26,250 bases of DNA from an uncultured Bdellovibrionales bacterium (lineage in GTDB: Bacteria > Myxococcota > XYA12-FULL-58-9 > JAFGEK01), in assembly GCA_964466695.1 (NCBI GenBank), contig CAYXQW010000001.1:16568-42817 (forward strand), read 5' to 3'. Below the pieces are notes generated by a model. The model had not been told where the DNA came from. It saw only the letters and a list, made by a program, of their open reading frames with translations, and did no database searches. Positions 1-7,205 of this stretch are shown here, piece by piece. The position numbers and the translations under genes are program-made. Position 1 is the first letter of the stretch, and every line of letters starts with the position of its first letter.

Positions 1-284
1 GTGATGTCCGAGGGCATCAGATCCGGTGTGAACTGGACGCGGTTGAACTCGAGATCGAGGACGTCGGCGAGGCTCTGGATGAGGAGCGTCTTGGCGAGGC
101 CGGGGACGCCCACGAACAACCCGTGCCCCGAGGCAAAGAGGGTGATGAGGAGGTGCTCTATGACCTCATGCTGGCCGATGATGCGCGAGGCGAGCTCGTG
201 CTTGATGTCGCGGACGGCGACGTGGAAGGCGGCCGCGCGCTCCTCGTCGCCCGGGGCGTCGGGTCTTGCCGGGGTGTTTGTCAT
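1..284 (-). CDS. moxR: MoxR-family AAA+ ATPase, N-terminal part (runs off the left edge; missing from the ORF track)
   Basis: Manual translation from ATG at 284: MTNTPARPDAPGDEERAAAFHVAVRDIKHELASRIIGQHEVIEHLLITLFASGHGLFVGVPGLAKTLLIQSLADVLDLEFNRVQFTPDLMPSDI. It contains the MoxR signatures IIGQ, Walker A GVPGLAKT and RVQFTPDLMPSDI. Confidence 0.95.
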   Translation of the reverse strand, partial: MTNTPARPDAPGDEERAAAFHVAVRDIKHELASRIIGQHEVIEHLLITLFASGHGLFVGVPGLAKTLLIQSLADVLDLEFNRVQFTPDLMPSDI

Positions 285-335
285 GACCTTTAGCTATGCG
301 CGCAATCGCCGGGTTTTTTCAACAGCCGGGTGGCG

Positions 336-371
336 CGGGAGGGCGGAGGCTGTGCGGCCTCCAATGTCCCG
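336..371 (-). terminator. GC-rich hairpin downstream of the Cys-rich gene pair (possible terminator or stability element)
   Basis: CGGGA-gggc-GGAGGC-tgtgcg-GCCTCC-aatg-TCCCG is an interrupted inverted repeat 21 nt past the 393 stop. It has no U-tract, so function is uncertain. Confidence 0.3.
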
Positions 372-392
372 ATCAGGCTGGCCAGGCAGATA

Positions 393-917
393 TCAAGGTA
401 CGGATCTTCCGTCACAGCAGATGGCAATGGTAGCCATGTCGACAGCCGAGCAAGTGGCCGCGCAGATTGTGCTAGTCCAAGGCATGACGAGCTTGAGACC
501 CGCGTTGGACGAGCACTTGCCGCCGCAGCCAATAACAACCTTCCCTGACGGACAGCCCGAGTAGGACCATGTGTCTGTGCTGGTGCTGGTTTTTACCGTT
601 CTGCATGAAGTGAGACCACCAAGCGCAACCGGCGTACAGCAGTTCACGAAGACGGACCGCTTCGCGCCACTGGGCATGCCGGAGCAGCGACCGGCCCAGC
701 CTGTGGGCAAGGTGTTCGTCGTGTCAGGCGTGGGATAGCTCGAAACGATCTGCCCACCATTGCACATAACGCCACCGCCCGTGGCCACCCTGCCACTCGG
801 ACACTGGTAGGACAAAGTATTGCTGGTAGTTGAGCTGACCTCATAACGGTCACAGTCTGGGGTCTGGCCCACTAGGGCAAAATGAACCGCCGTCGCGGCA
901 ATAAGAGTGATAATCAT
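393..917 (-). CDS. Putative secreted Cys-rich protein with two tandem resistin/RELM-like modules (174 aa)
   Basis: Hydrophobic N-terminus MIITLIAATAVHFALVG and SD GGGAGA before ATG. Two internal repeats follow C-x16-C-PSG-x-V-x-x-G-x-G-x-x-C...C...CC; 14 Cys in total. Confidence 0.8.
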   Translation of the reverse strand: MIITLIAATAVHFALVGQTPDCDRYEVSSTTSNTLSYQCPSGRVATGGGVMCNGGQIVSSYPTPDTTNTLPTGWAGRCSGMPSGAKRSVFVNCCTPVALGGLTSCRTVKTSTSTDTWSYSGCPSGKVVIGCGGKCSSNAGLKLVMPWTSTICAATCSAVDMATIAICCDGRSVP

Positions 918-926
918 AATATCTCC

Positions 927-1250
927 CTAAAAATCCCAAAAGCGACAGCAGTTAACGAGGACGACGGTCGAATCGAAGGACGAATCGCAGAACGCCTTGG
1001 CTAGGTTGGGCCTAGTGGCTCCTGACCCATAGCCTATCAAGACCGCATCAATGGGACCCGCCAAGTCATCATCGTACAGACAGTAGGCGCCGGCACCGGT
1101 TGCGACATAGCCCGAGTCACAGGTGACCTCAACCCAGGCGTTCACCGTCGAATAATCCTCCGCTCGGACGTTGCACTGAACCGCCTGTGCCTGCGATCCC
1201 AACAGGCCTACTACAGCGAAAGTCAACACCACGACTAGTTTAGTCAACAT
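927..1250 (-). CDS. Secreted Cys-rich protein with a single module of the same family (107 aa)
   Basis: Sec signal peptide MLTKLVVVLTFAVVGLLGSQAQA with AQA cleavage site, and a purine-rich SD (AGGAAGGGAAAGG). Module C-x17-CDSGYVATGAGAYC...C...VLVNCC matches the downstream gene, which starts 9 nt later. Confidence 0.82.
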   Translation of the reverse strand: MLTKLVVVLTFAVVGLLGSQAQAVQCNVRAEDYSTVNAWVEVTCDSGYVATGAGAYCLYDDDLAGPIDAVLIGYGSGATRPNLAKAFCDSSFDSTVVLVNCCRFWDF

Positions 1251-1330
1251 AATAGCCTTTCCCTTCCTGCAGCAAAATTGTTCGCCACCAATCCGCGAGC
1301 CTTATTGCGCCGCAACGACAGCAAACTCGA

Positions 1331-1361
1331 AAAGTATTTCTGATGGGAACAGAAATGTAAA
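1331..1361 (-). promoter_or_regulatory. Candidate sigma70-type promoter of the Cys-rich cassette with a dyad in the spacer
   Basis: Minus strand TTTACA (1361-1356) is followed by N17-AATACT or N19-TACTTT. A perfect inverted repeat ATTTCTG-N7-CAGAAAT lies at 1336-1356. Confidence 0.45.
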
Positions 1362-1414
1362 GTGCCGACATGAGGAGCTCTCGACGTGTGACGGGTTGGG
1401 ATTACAGCACGGCT

Positions 1415-3070
1415 TCAATAGGCGAAGCTGCTGCCTCCGATGAACTCCCGGAGGATGCTGGTCTGGGGCACCTCCTCGGGGAACACCGTGACGAACAACG
1501 ACAAGAAGCCGAGCAGACGATCGGCCTCGACGTAGGACGGTGCGTCCATGGGGACCTGCAACAAGAAGCGCTCGGCGTAGGTCTTGAGCACCGCGGGCTC
1601 GTAGACGAGCGCGCTGTTGAAGATGGCGTCGGCCTGCTCCTGGAAAGGGAAGATATGGAGCTGTTCGCCCCTGCGCACCGACGGCCACATCTCGATGGTG
1701 CGCGCGGCGCTGTAGCCGCGGTAGAGGCGGTCGCGCACGAGGCGTCTTATCAGGCGCGAGTCGGAGGTGAAGACGCGCTCGTGGTGGTCGATGGTGAGCT
1801 GGGTCAGCGCGCTCACGTAGGTGCGGAACTTGCGCTCCGGCGGCACCGCGGGGGTCAAGCGCTCGTTCAGGCCGTGGATCCCCTCGATGATGATCATGTC
1901 CTCCGCGCGCAAGGACAGGGGCCGCCAGTCGGCGCGCGAGGTGCGCTTGCCGGACTGGAAGTCGAAGCGCGGCGTATAGACCGTCTCGCCGCGGAGCAGG
2001 CGACCGAGGTGGTCGTTGAGCAGCGCGATGTCGATAGCCTCGATGGCCTCGAAGTCGGGCTTGCCGTCGGCGTCTTTCGGGGTCTTTTCGCGGTCTACGT
2101 AATAATCGTCGAGGGAGATGGCGATCGGCCGCCGGCCAGAGACTTGGAGCTGGACCGACAGGCGCTTGGAGAAGGTGGTCTTGCCGCTCGCCGATGGGCC
2201 GGCGACGAGCACGAGCTTGCAGTCCTCGCGCGCGAGGACCCGATCGGCGATGTCGGCCACCTTCTTCTCGTGCAGCGCCTCCGCCACCTTGACGAGCTCG
2301 CGCACCCCGCCGTCGATGCACAGCTCGTTGAACTGACCGACGTGGGCGACGCCGACGATCTCGTTCCATTCGCGCGTGTCGCGGTAGACCTTGAACAGAC
2401 GCGGGGTGTCGGGCACCTCGCGCTGCTTCGGGTCGATGCCGGGGAAGTGGAGGATGATGCCGCCGTTGTAACGCGCGAGGTGGAAGCGATCGAGCCCGCC
2501 CGCGGCCGGGACCACGGGTCCGTGCAAGAGGTGGTGCTCGTCGCCGAGCGAGACCACGGGCACCGTGGTGAGCCGGCGCGTCTTCAGCAAGCGCACCCGG
2601 TCGGTGGCGCCCTCGCACGCGAACATGGCGATCGCCTCGTTGATGTCTACTTGCTCTTCGATGAAAGGGCGGTCCTCCAAGGCGATGGCGCGCATGCGCT
2701 CCTCGATGGCGGCGACGGTGTCATCGTCCAGCGCGGCCGAGCCCATCCACTCGAAGAAGTAGCCCTCACCGAGCGACTGCCCAATGGAGAGCCTTCCCTG
2801 GGGCGCGATCTCGCGCGCGGCCTGGGCGAGCAGGATCGAGACCGAACGACGGTAGATGGGGGTGCCCTCGGGGTCGTCGGCGCGGACGGGTCGCACGCGG
2901 GCCGCGCCGCGGATGGGGGTGGAGAGCGAGACCAGGCGGTTGTTGAGCACGGCGCCGAGGATGTGCTTACCCGTAGGATCGAGCCGGCCGATCACCGCCA
3001 TGATGGGCGTGCCGACCGGGACGAGGTGCTCGCGGTCTTCGATGTGGACTTTGACGATACGCTCGGTCAT
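1415..3070 (-). CDS. Nucleoside (uridine) kinase family protein with N-terminal ThrRS-like TGS/SAD-type domains (551 aa)
   Basis: Probable start MTERIVKV at 3070 (SD GGAGAG; ATGA overlap with the upstream stop). N-terminal half is ThrRS-N-like (IYRRSVSILL, SLGEGYFFE, IEERMRAIALEDRPF). C-terminal half has P-loop AGPSASGKTT, ISLDDYY, IIEGIHGLN, RLIRRLVRD and WPSVRRGE..HIFPFQE. Confidence 0.9.
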   Translation of the reverse strand: MTERIVKVHIEDREHLVPVGTPIMAVIGRLDPTGKHILGAVLNNRLVSLSTPIRGAARVRPVRADDPEGTPIYRRSVSILLAQAAREIAPQGRLSIGQSLGEGYFFEWMGSAALDDDTVAAIEERMRAIALEDRPFIEEQVDINEAIAMFACEGATDRVRLLKTRRLTTVPVVSLGDEHHLLHGPVVPAAGGLDRFHLARYNGGIILHFPGIDPKQREVPDTPRLFKVYRDTREWNEIVGVAHVGQFNELCIDGGVRELVKVAEALHEKKVADIADRVLAREDCKLVLVAGPSASGKTTFSKRLSVQLQVSGRRPIAISLDDYYVDREKTPKDADGKPDFEAIEAIDIALLNDHLGRLLRGETVYTPRFDFQSGKRTSRADWRPLSLRAEDMIIIEGIHGLNERLTPAVPPERKFRTYVSALTQLTIDHHERVFTSDSRLIRRLVRDRLYRGYSAARTIEMWPSVRRGEQLHIFPFQEQADAIFNSALVYEPAVLKTYAERFLLQVPMDAPSYVEADRLLGFLSLFVTVFPEEVPQTSILREFIGGSSFAY

Positions 3071-4515
3071 CTTTTTCTCTCTCCCTCTATTTCTACCACG
3101 CAGCCGCGCGCTTTTACGAAAAGCCTTATGAGAGCCGTAAAGACGAGATGGCTCGCGGCGGCCACGAAGAAGATCGAGGCGAGCCAGAAGAGCCCGGTCG
3201 GATCTTCGGGGAGATGACGCGCGAGCATGGGGCGGGCAGCGAAGGGCGAGAGCAGGGCCAAAAGAGCTGGGGGTGAGAACCCCGCGCATGGGCCGTAGAA
3301 GCTACGCGCGAGATAGAGCTCCTCGATGTAGGCGTCGCCGCCGCGGCGCAGCTCGTCGGCGGCCATCACGCCCACAACGGCCAGGAGGGCGGCAGAGAGC
3401 GCCTCGGCCACAGAGCGCGCGAGCCAAGGCGAGAGCCAGAAAAACACGGCCGCGGCCAAGATGGCCACGCCCATAACGCGCGTCGATGTTCGCCAGCGCG
3501 CGGGGTAGGGCCACGCCCCCATCAAGGCCAAGCTCGGCCCGAAGATCCCGATGAGCGCGACTGTGGCGACCGCGAGCGCTATCGTCACCGCGAGCGCCAG
3601 GGCTGCGGCCAAAAGGCCGCACGCGGCGACGGCGTTGGGGATAAGGTGGCCGTGGTCGACGCCGCTCGTCATGAGGGCGCGCTCCGCGACCACGAGCGCG
3701 GTCAGCAAAAAGAGAGGCAGCAACGCCGCCATGCCGAGGGCGCCGCGCGCGCCCTCACAGACAAGCGTGCGACCGCGCCGGTAGCGCCACCAGTCGTTGA
3801 CCCCGAGGATGGCGGGCACAGACCAGAGGAGAGCTTGCGCGAGACCTGCAAGCCCGAGAGCGCGTGGCGCGGGCGGGCTTTGTGAGAGGCTCGCGGGCGC
3901 GCGCAGCAAGACGAGCACGACGAGCGCGACCGCGAGCAACGCGGAGAAGAGCAGCGTCTTTTCGAGGTGGCGCGCGAGCGCGAGGCCGTCTTTGCGCGCC
4001 GCACGCATGGCGAGGACGATGATGAAGATGAGCAACACCATGCTCGATGCGGGCTCGAACGCGCGAGGGATATCGCGCGCGACGAGCGGCGAGAGGTAGA
4101 GCCGCGTGGCGTGCGCGAGCCGCAAGATCCACTCGCCGTGCGCCGCGAGGTACGCCGCGGCGACAAAGACGCCCGCGCTCGCGCGCCAAAAGAGCACGAG
4201 CGACGCGCCGCGCGGTCCGAAGGTCGCTCGCGCCTGCGGGACGCTGCCCACGCCGAGCCGCAAGGTGGTACGCCCGAGGAGCATGGCCAAGAGCAAGGCG
4301 GCGCCGAGGCCGCCCGCGAAGGTCGCGAGGGTCGCGGGTCGCACGAGGCCGAGCAGGCCGCCGGCCATGGACATTGACATGGGCACGCACGCCGCCACCG
4401 CCCACAGGGCGTACAGGCCGCGCTCATCGAGGCGCGGGCCGGCGAGCCCGTGCGGCAGGAGCTCTTCGCGAGCTAGCTTCGCGTCACCGAAGGCTTCGGG
4501 TGCCGGGGCGGCCAT
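3067..4515 (-). CDS. Divergent NCS1 (cytosine/purine/uracil/allantoin permease)-like membrane protein (482 aa)
   Basis: Roughly 12 hydrophobic segments with NCS1-like landmarks: LLP...R.....ALW, LGVGSVPQARATFGPRGA, DWWRY, GVMAAD..RR...EELY....FY...GFS..ALLA. Translationally coupled to the kinase gene. Confidence 0.7.
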   Translation of the reverse strand: MAAPAPEAFGDAKLAREELLPHGLAGPRLDERGLYALWAVAACVPMSMSMAGGLLGLVRPATLATFAGGLGAALLLAMLLGRTTLRLGVGSVPQARATFGPRGASLVLFWRASAGVFVAAAYLAAHGEWILRLAHATRLYLSPLVARDIPRAFEPASSMVLLIFIIVLAMRAARKDGLALARHLEKTLLFSALLAVALVVLVLLRAPASLSQSPPAPRALGLAGLAQALLWSVPAILGVNDWWRYRRGRTLVCEGARGALGMAALLPLFLLTALVVAERALMTSGVDHGHLIPNAVAACGLLAAALALAVTIALAVATVALIGIFGPSLALMGAWPYPARWRTSTRVMGVAILAAAVFFWLSPWLARSVAEALSAALLAVVGVMAADELRRGGDAYIEELYLARSFYGPCAGFSPPALLALLSPFAARPMLARHLPEDPTGLFWLASIFFVAAASHLVFTALIRLFVKARGCVVEIEGERKR

Positions 4516-4519
4516 GGGG

Positions 4520-6217
4520 TCAGAAGGTTCTCGGGTAGCTTCCCAGGATGGTCACCTCGGCCTCGCGGCGCAAGATCGCGATGGCCTTTTGCAGAGGCTC
4601 GTCGTCACGGTGGCCCTCGACGTCGATGTAGAACTGGTAATCGCCGAGGCGCTTGCGCGTGGGTCGCGACTCGACCTTCGAGAGGTTCAAGCCGTGCGCG
4701 GCCATCACGTGCAGGATGTGGTCGAGCACGCCCGGCTTGTTCGAGACATCGTGTACGCACAAGCTCGTGCGATCGTGGCCGGTGCGCTCGGCGTCGTCCG
4801 TCCCGATGAGGAAGAAGCGTGTCTCGTTGCCTCTCTCGTCCTCGATGTCGCGAGCGAGGACGGTGAGACCTGTGGCCTCGGCCGTCGTGGCCAGGCCCAC
4901 CGCCGCGTCGCCCATGAGGCGGGTCTGCGCCACCTGCGTGATGGCCTCGGCGGTGCTGTTGGTCTCGACGAGCTTGGCGGTCGGAGCGTGCGCGCGTAGC
5001 CACGTGCCTATCTGCGCTAACACGGGCGGGATGCTGAGGACGCGCTTGATATCGGCGAGTCGCGTGCCGGGGTTGGCCGCGATGGCGTGATGCACGGGGA
5101 CGAGCAGCTCGGCCGAGACCTTGAGCCCGGTGGCGAAGAGGGTGTCGAGGGTGATCGCGATCGTGCCGTCGATCATGTTCTCGACCGGCACTACACCGAC
5201 GGGCACCTCGCCCTTTTTTACGGCGTCGAAGACCTCGGTGATGGTGCGATGGTAGACGGGGGTGACGTGCCAGTCGCGGAGCTGGCCGAGCTTGCGCACG
5301 GCGAAATCCGAGAAGGTGCCGGGCGGGCCGAGGGTGGCGATGCGGTGGGTCTTCGGGTCTTGCCGGCGGCTCGTGAGGACGGCGAGACAGGCGTCGGTGT
5401 CACCGAGCTCTTGCTCGGGGTCGCCGAAGGCGCGCCCGCCTTTCTCGATCTCGCGTTGCAGCGCCGCCAGATCGCCGCTCTCGGCCAGGCGCGCCAGGTC
5501 CTCGACCTTGCGCAGGAAGGCTTTGCGCATGGCCTGGTTCTCGTGGTTCTCGAGCTGAATGGCGGCGTAGAGGGCCGGATCTTGCAAGAGCACCCGGGCG
5601 AGCGCGGTGCGCAGCAGGGCATAGGCTGGGGTCTCGAACGCCGGAACGGAGGTCTCGACGAGCGTACAGGCGGCGGTGATGGCCACGAAGTGCGTGAGCC
5701 CCTGCAAGACGGCCATGTCTTTGTCGTGCTGTGCCTCGTCGAGGGTGACCAAGCGCGCGCCGGAGGAAGACAAGAAGTGGCAAAGCTGCAGGTAGTTCGG
5801 GCCCGTCCGCAAGGGCACGGTCAAGACGGTGAGGCCTTGCAGGCAGCTCACCCTGGGGCCGTGCAGCGGGTGTAAGCTCGCGAGCTCCAGATCGTCTCGC
5901 GTAGTCACGCGATAAGCGCCGAGGATGGTCTTCTTGACCGAGGCGAAGTCGCAGACCAGAGCGCCTTTTGGCGCTTCGCGGCAGGCGAGCTCGATCACGG
6001 GCGCCGTCGTCGCGATGGGAGTGCTGATGATGATGACGCTCGCGTCACGCATCGCGGCCACGCTGTCGGTGGTGGCGACAAGGCCCGAATCCGCGGCGAT
6101 CCCACGCAATTTTTCGAGGTTGCGCCCGGTTATGGTGACGGCGTGCCCGGCGGCCGCGAGGCGCTTCGCGTACCACGAGCCGAGTCGCCCCGAGCCGCCT
6201 ACGATGGTGATCTTCAT
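4520..6217 (-). CDS. tyrA-pheA: Bifunctional prephenate dehydrogenase (TyrA) / prephenate dehydratase-ACT (PheA) fusion (565 aa)
   Basis: TyrA motifs in the N-terminal half: Rossmann GGSGRLG, DFASVK, LHPLHGP, HDKDMAVLQGLTHF. PDT and ACT motifs in the C-terminal half: TLGPPGTFS, VPVEN..DG, DIED..GNETRF, NKPGVL, NLSKVESRP, YQFYID, LGSYP. Confidence 0.93.
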   Translation of the reverse strand: MKITIVGGSGRLGSWYAKRLAAAGHAVTITGRNLEKLRGIAADSGLVATTDSVAAMRDASVIIISTPIATTAPVIELACREAPKGALVCDFASVKKTILGAYRVTTRDDLELASLHPLHGPRVSCLQGLTVLTVPLRTGPNYLQLCHFLSSSGARLVTLDEAQHDKDMAVLQGLTHFVAITAACTLVETSVPAFETPAYALLRTALARVLLQDPALYAAIQLENHENQAMRKAFLRKVEDLARLAESGDLAALQREIEKGGRAFGDPEQELGDTDACLAVLTSRRQDPKTHRIATLGPPGTFSDFAVRKLGQLRDWHVTPVYHRTITEVFDAVKKGEVPVGVVPVENMIDGTIAITLDTLFATGLKVSAELLVPVHHAIAANPGTRLADIKRVLSIPPVLAQIGTWLRAHAPTAKLVETNSTAEAITQVAQTRLMGDAAVGLATTAEATGLTVLARDIEDERGNETRFFLIGTDDAERTGHDRTSLCVHDVSNKPGVLDHILHVMAAHGLNLSKVESRPTRKRLGDYQFYIDVEGHRDDEPLQKAIAILRREAEVTILGSYPRTF

Positions 6218-6231
6218 GTCTCTTGTAGCCG

Positions 6232-6738
6232 CTACTTCAGAGTAGTCTCATCGCGCCGAGCGTCATCTTGGCTTTGCTCGTATGCGCGCTCGCGTTCGCT
6301 TGCCGCCGTCGCCTCGAGGTTTTCGACGCGAGGCTCGAAGGCGTTGGTGTAAGTCCAGTCGGCGGCGTTGACCGCGGCGTCGAGTGCGCCTCCCGGCGGC
6401 TCGTCGTAAGACCACCCTGAGCTGTCGTTGCGCACCTCCGCCGTCCAATCGTGGGAGGTCGCCACGGCGCCCACGGCGCTCTCGTTCTCGCTGGCGCCAC
6501 CTTGTAGCGCGGCCTGGTTATCGATCTGGAACATGGCCTGGTGGGCGAGGTGCATGCGCTCCAAGGCCGCCGCCGCGTCGTCTTCGCGCTTGGCGTCGCG
6601 GTCCTCGTCGCGCAGGCTGCGTACGTCGGCCTGGTCGGTCGTGACCTCGTCCACGGGGTTGGGCGTCGCCGCCTCGGGGGTCGGCTGCGGGGTTCCGATC
6701 CGCGTCGGGTTGTCACCAATAGGTGTAATTTCGGCCAT
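6232..6738 (-). CDS. Hypothetical acidic, Ala-rich protein (168 aa)
   Basis: Strong SD AAGGAG 7 nt before ATG and GC3-rich codons. Fits the operon with gaps of 14 and 20 nt. Pro/Thr-rich N-terminus; no recognisable domain. Confidence 0.7.
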   Translation of the reverse strand: MAEITPIGDNPTRIGTPQPTPEAATPNPVDEVTTDQADVRSLRDEDRDAKREDDAAAALERMHLAHQAMFQIDNQAALQGGASENESAVGAVATSHDWTAEVRNDSSGWSYDEPPGGALDAAVNAADWTYTNAFEPRVENLEATAASERERAYEQSQDDARRDETTLK

Positions 6739-6758
6739 CTGCGCGCTCCTTGCTGAAA

Positions 6759-7055
6759 TCAGGCCTTCGGTGGACCAGGTCGCGGCGCGAGCTCACGCAA
6801 GGAGAGCACGCGTCCTGTCGAGCTTTGCTTCGCTGTCGTCGTGGTGGCGCTCTTCGCCGCCGCGTTCTTCTTCTCGGCGACGTATTTCTTCGCCAGCACC
6901 ACCACCGCGCTCAAGAGCTCGGGCTTCTCGAGGAAAGGACGGAAGGGCCCCCCCGCGAGGATGGCGGCGAGGAGCTGGGGCGCGCGGCGCGGGTCGTCGT
7001 TCGCGATTCGTTGCAGCGCATCGAACAAGGCGGCGTAGCTCTTCTCTGAGGACAT
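6759..7055 (-). CDS. Hypothetical small basic protein (98 aa, MSSEKSYAALFDALQRIANDDPRRAPQLLAAIL...)
   Basis: The last 98 codons of the 6759..8384 track ORF. ATG at 7055 has SD GGGAG and a candidate promoter just upstream. It fills the gap in front of the minus-strand operon. Confidence 0.65.
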   Translation of the reverse strand: MSSEKSYAALFDALQRIANDDPRRAPQLLAAILAGGPFRPFLEKPELLSAVVVLAKKYVAEKKNAAAKSATTTTAKQSSTGRVLSLRELAPRPGPPKA

Positions 7056-7078
7056 TACACAAGCTCCCGGAATCTCGC

Positions 7079-7107
7079 TTCTTAAGCCGCCAAGCCGCGC
7101 GCGGCAA
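7079..7107 (-). promoter_or_regulatory. Candidate promoter for the leftward five-gene operon
   Basis: Minus strand TTGCCG (7107-7102)-N17-TAAGAA (7084-7079). Confidence 0.4.
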
Positions 7108-7176
7108 GTCGCCATTTTTGGACATACCCGGAGGAGGACCTTCGCGGTTGCCGCAGATATTGTCACCTGCTTGTGA

Positions 7177-7205
7177 TTGACAGGCGCCGGAGCTGACCTT
7201 AAGAA
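7177..7205 (+). promoter_or_regulatory. Candidate promoter for the TPR-FHA genes
   Basis: TTGACA (7177-7182)-N17-TAAGAA (7200-7205). A TGTCA-N12-TGACA dyad (7161-7182) overlaps the -35. Confidence 0.5.

Noticed and set aside
1..564. 187-aa plus-strand ORF
   Set aside because: It is the antisense shadow of the MoxR gene and the Cys-rich gene and has no motifs of its own.
1271..1287. Sigma54-like TGGC...TTGC upstream of the Cys-rich cassette (similar case near 13178-13194 before gyrA)
   Set aside because: The GG-to-GC spacing is 11 nt in both, and sigma54 needs exactly 10.
1370..3217. 615-aa plus-strand ORF (also 1302..2618 minus)
   Set aside because: Antisense or alternate-frame shadows of the kinase gene, typical of high-GC DNA.
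3071..3289. 73-aa N-terminal extension of the kinase ORF in the track
   Set aside because: It overlaps the NCS1-like gene. The SD and ATGA coupling support the start at 3070.
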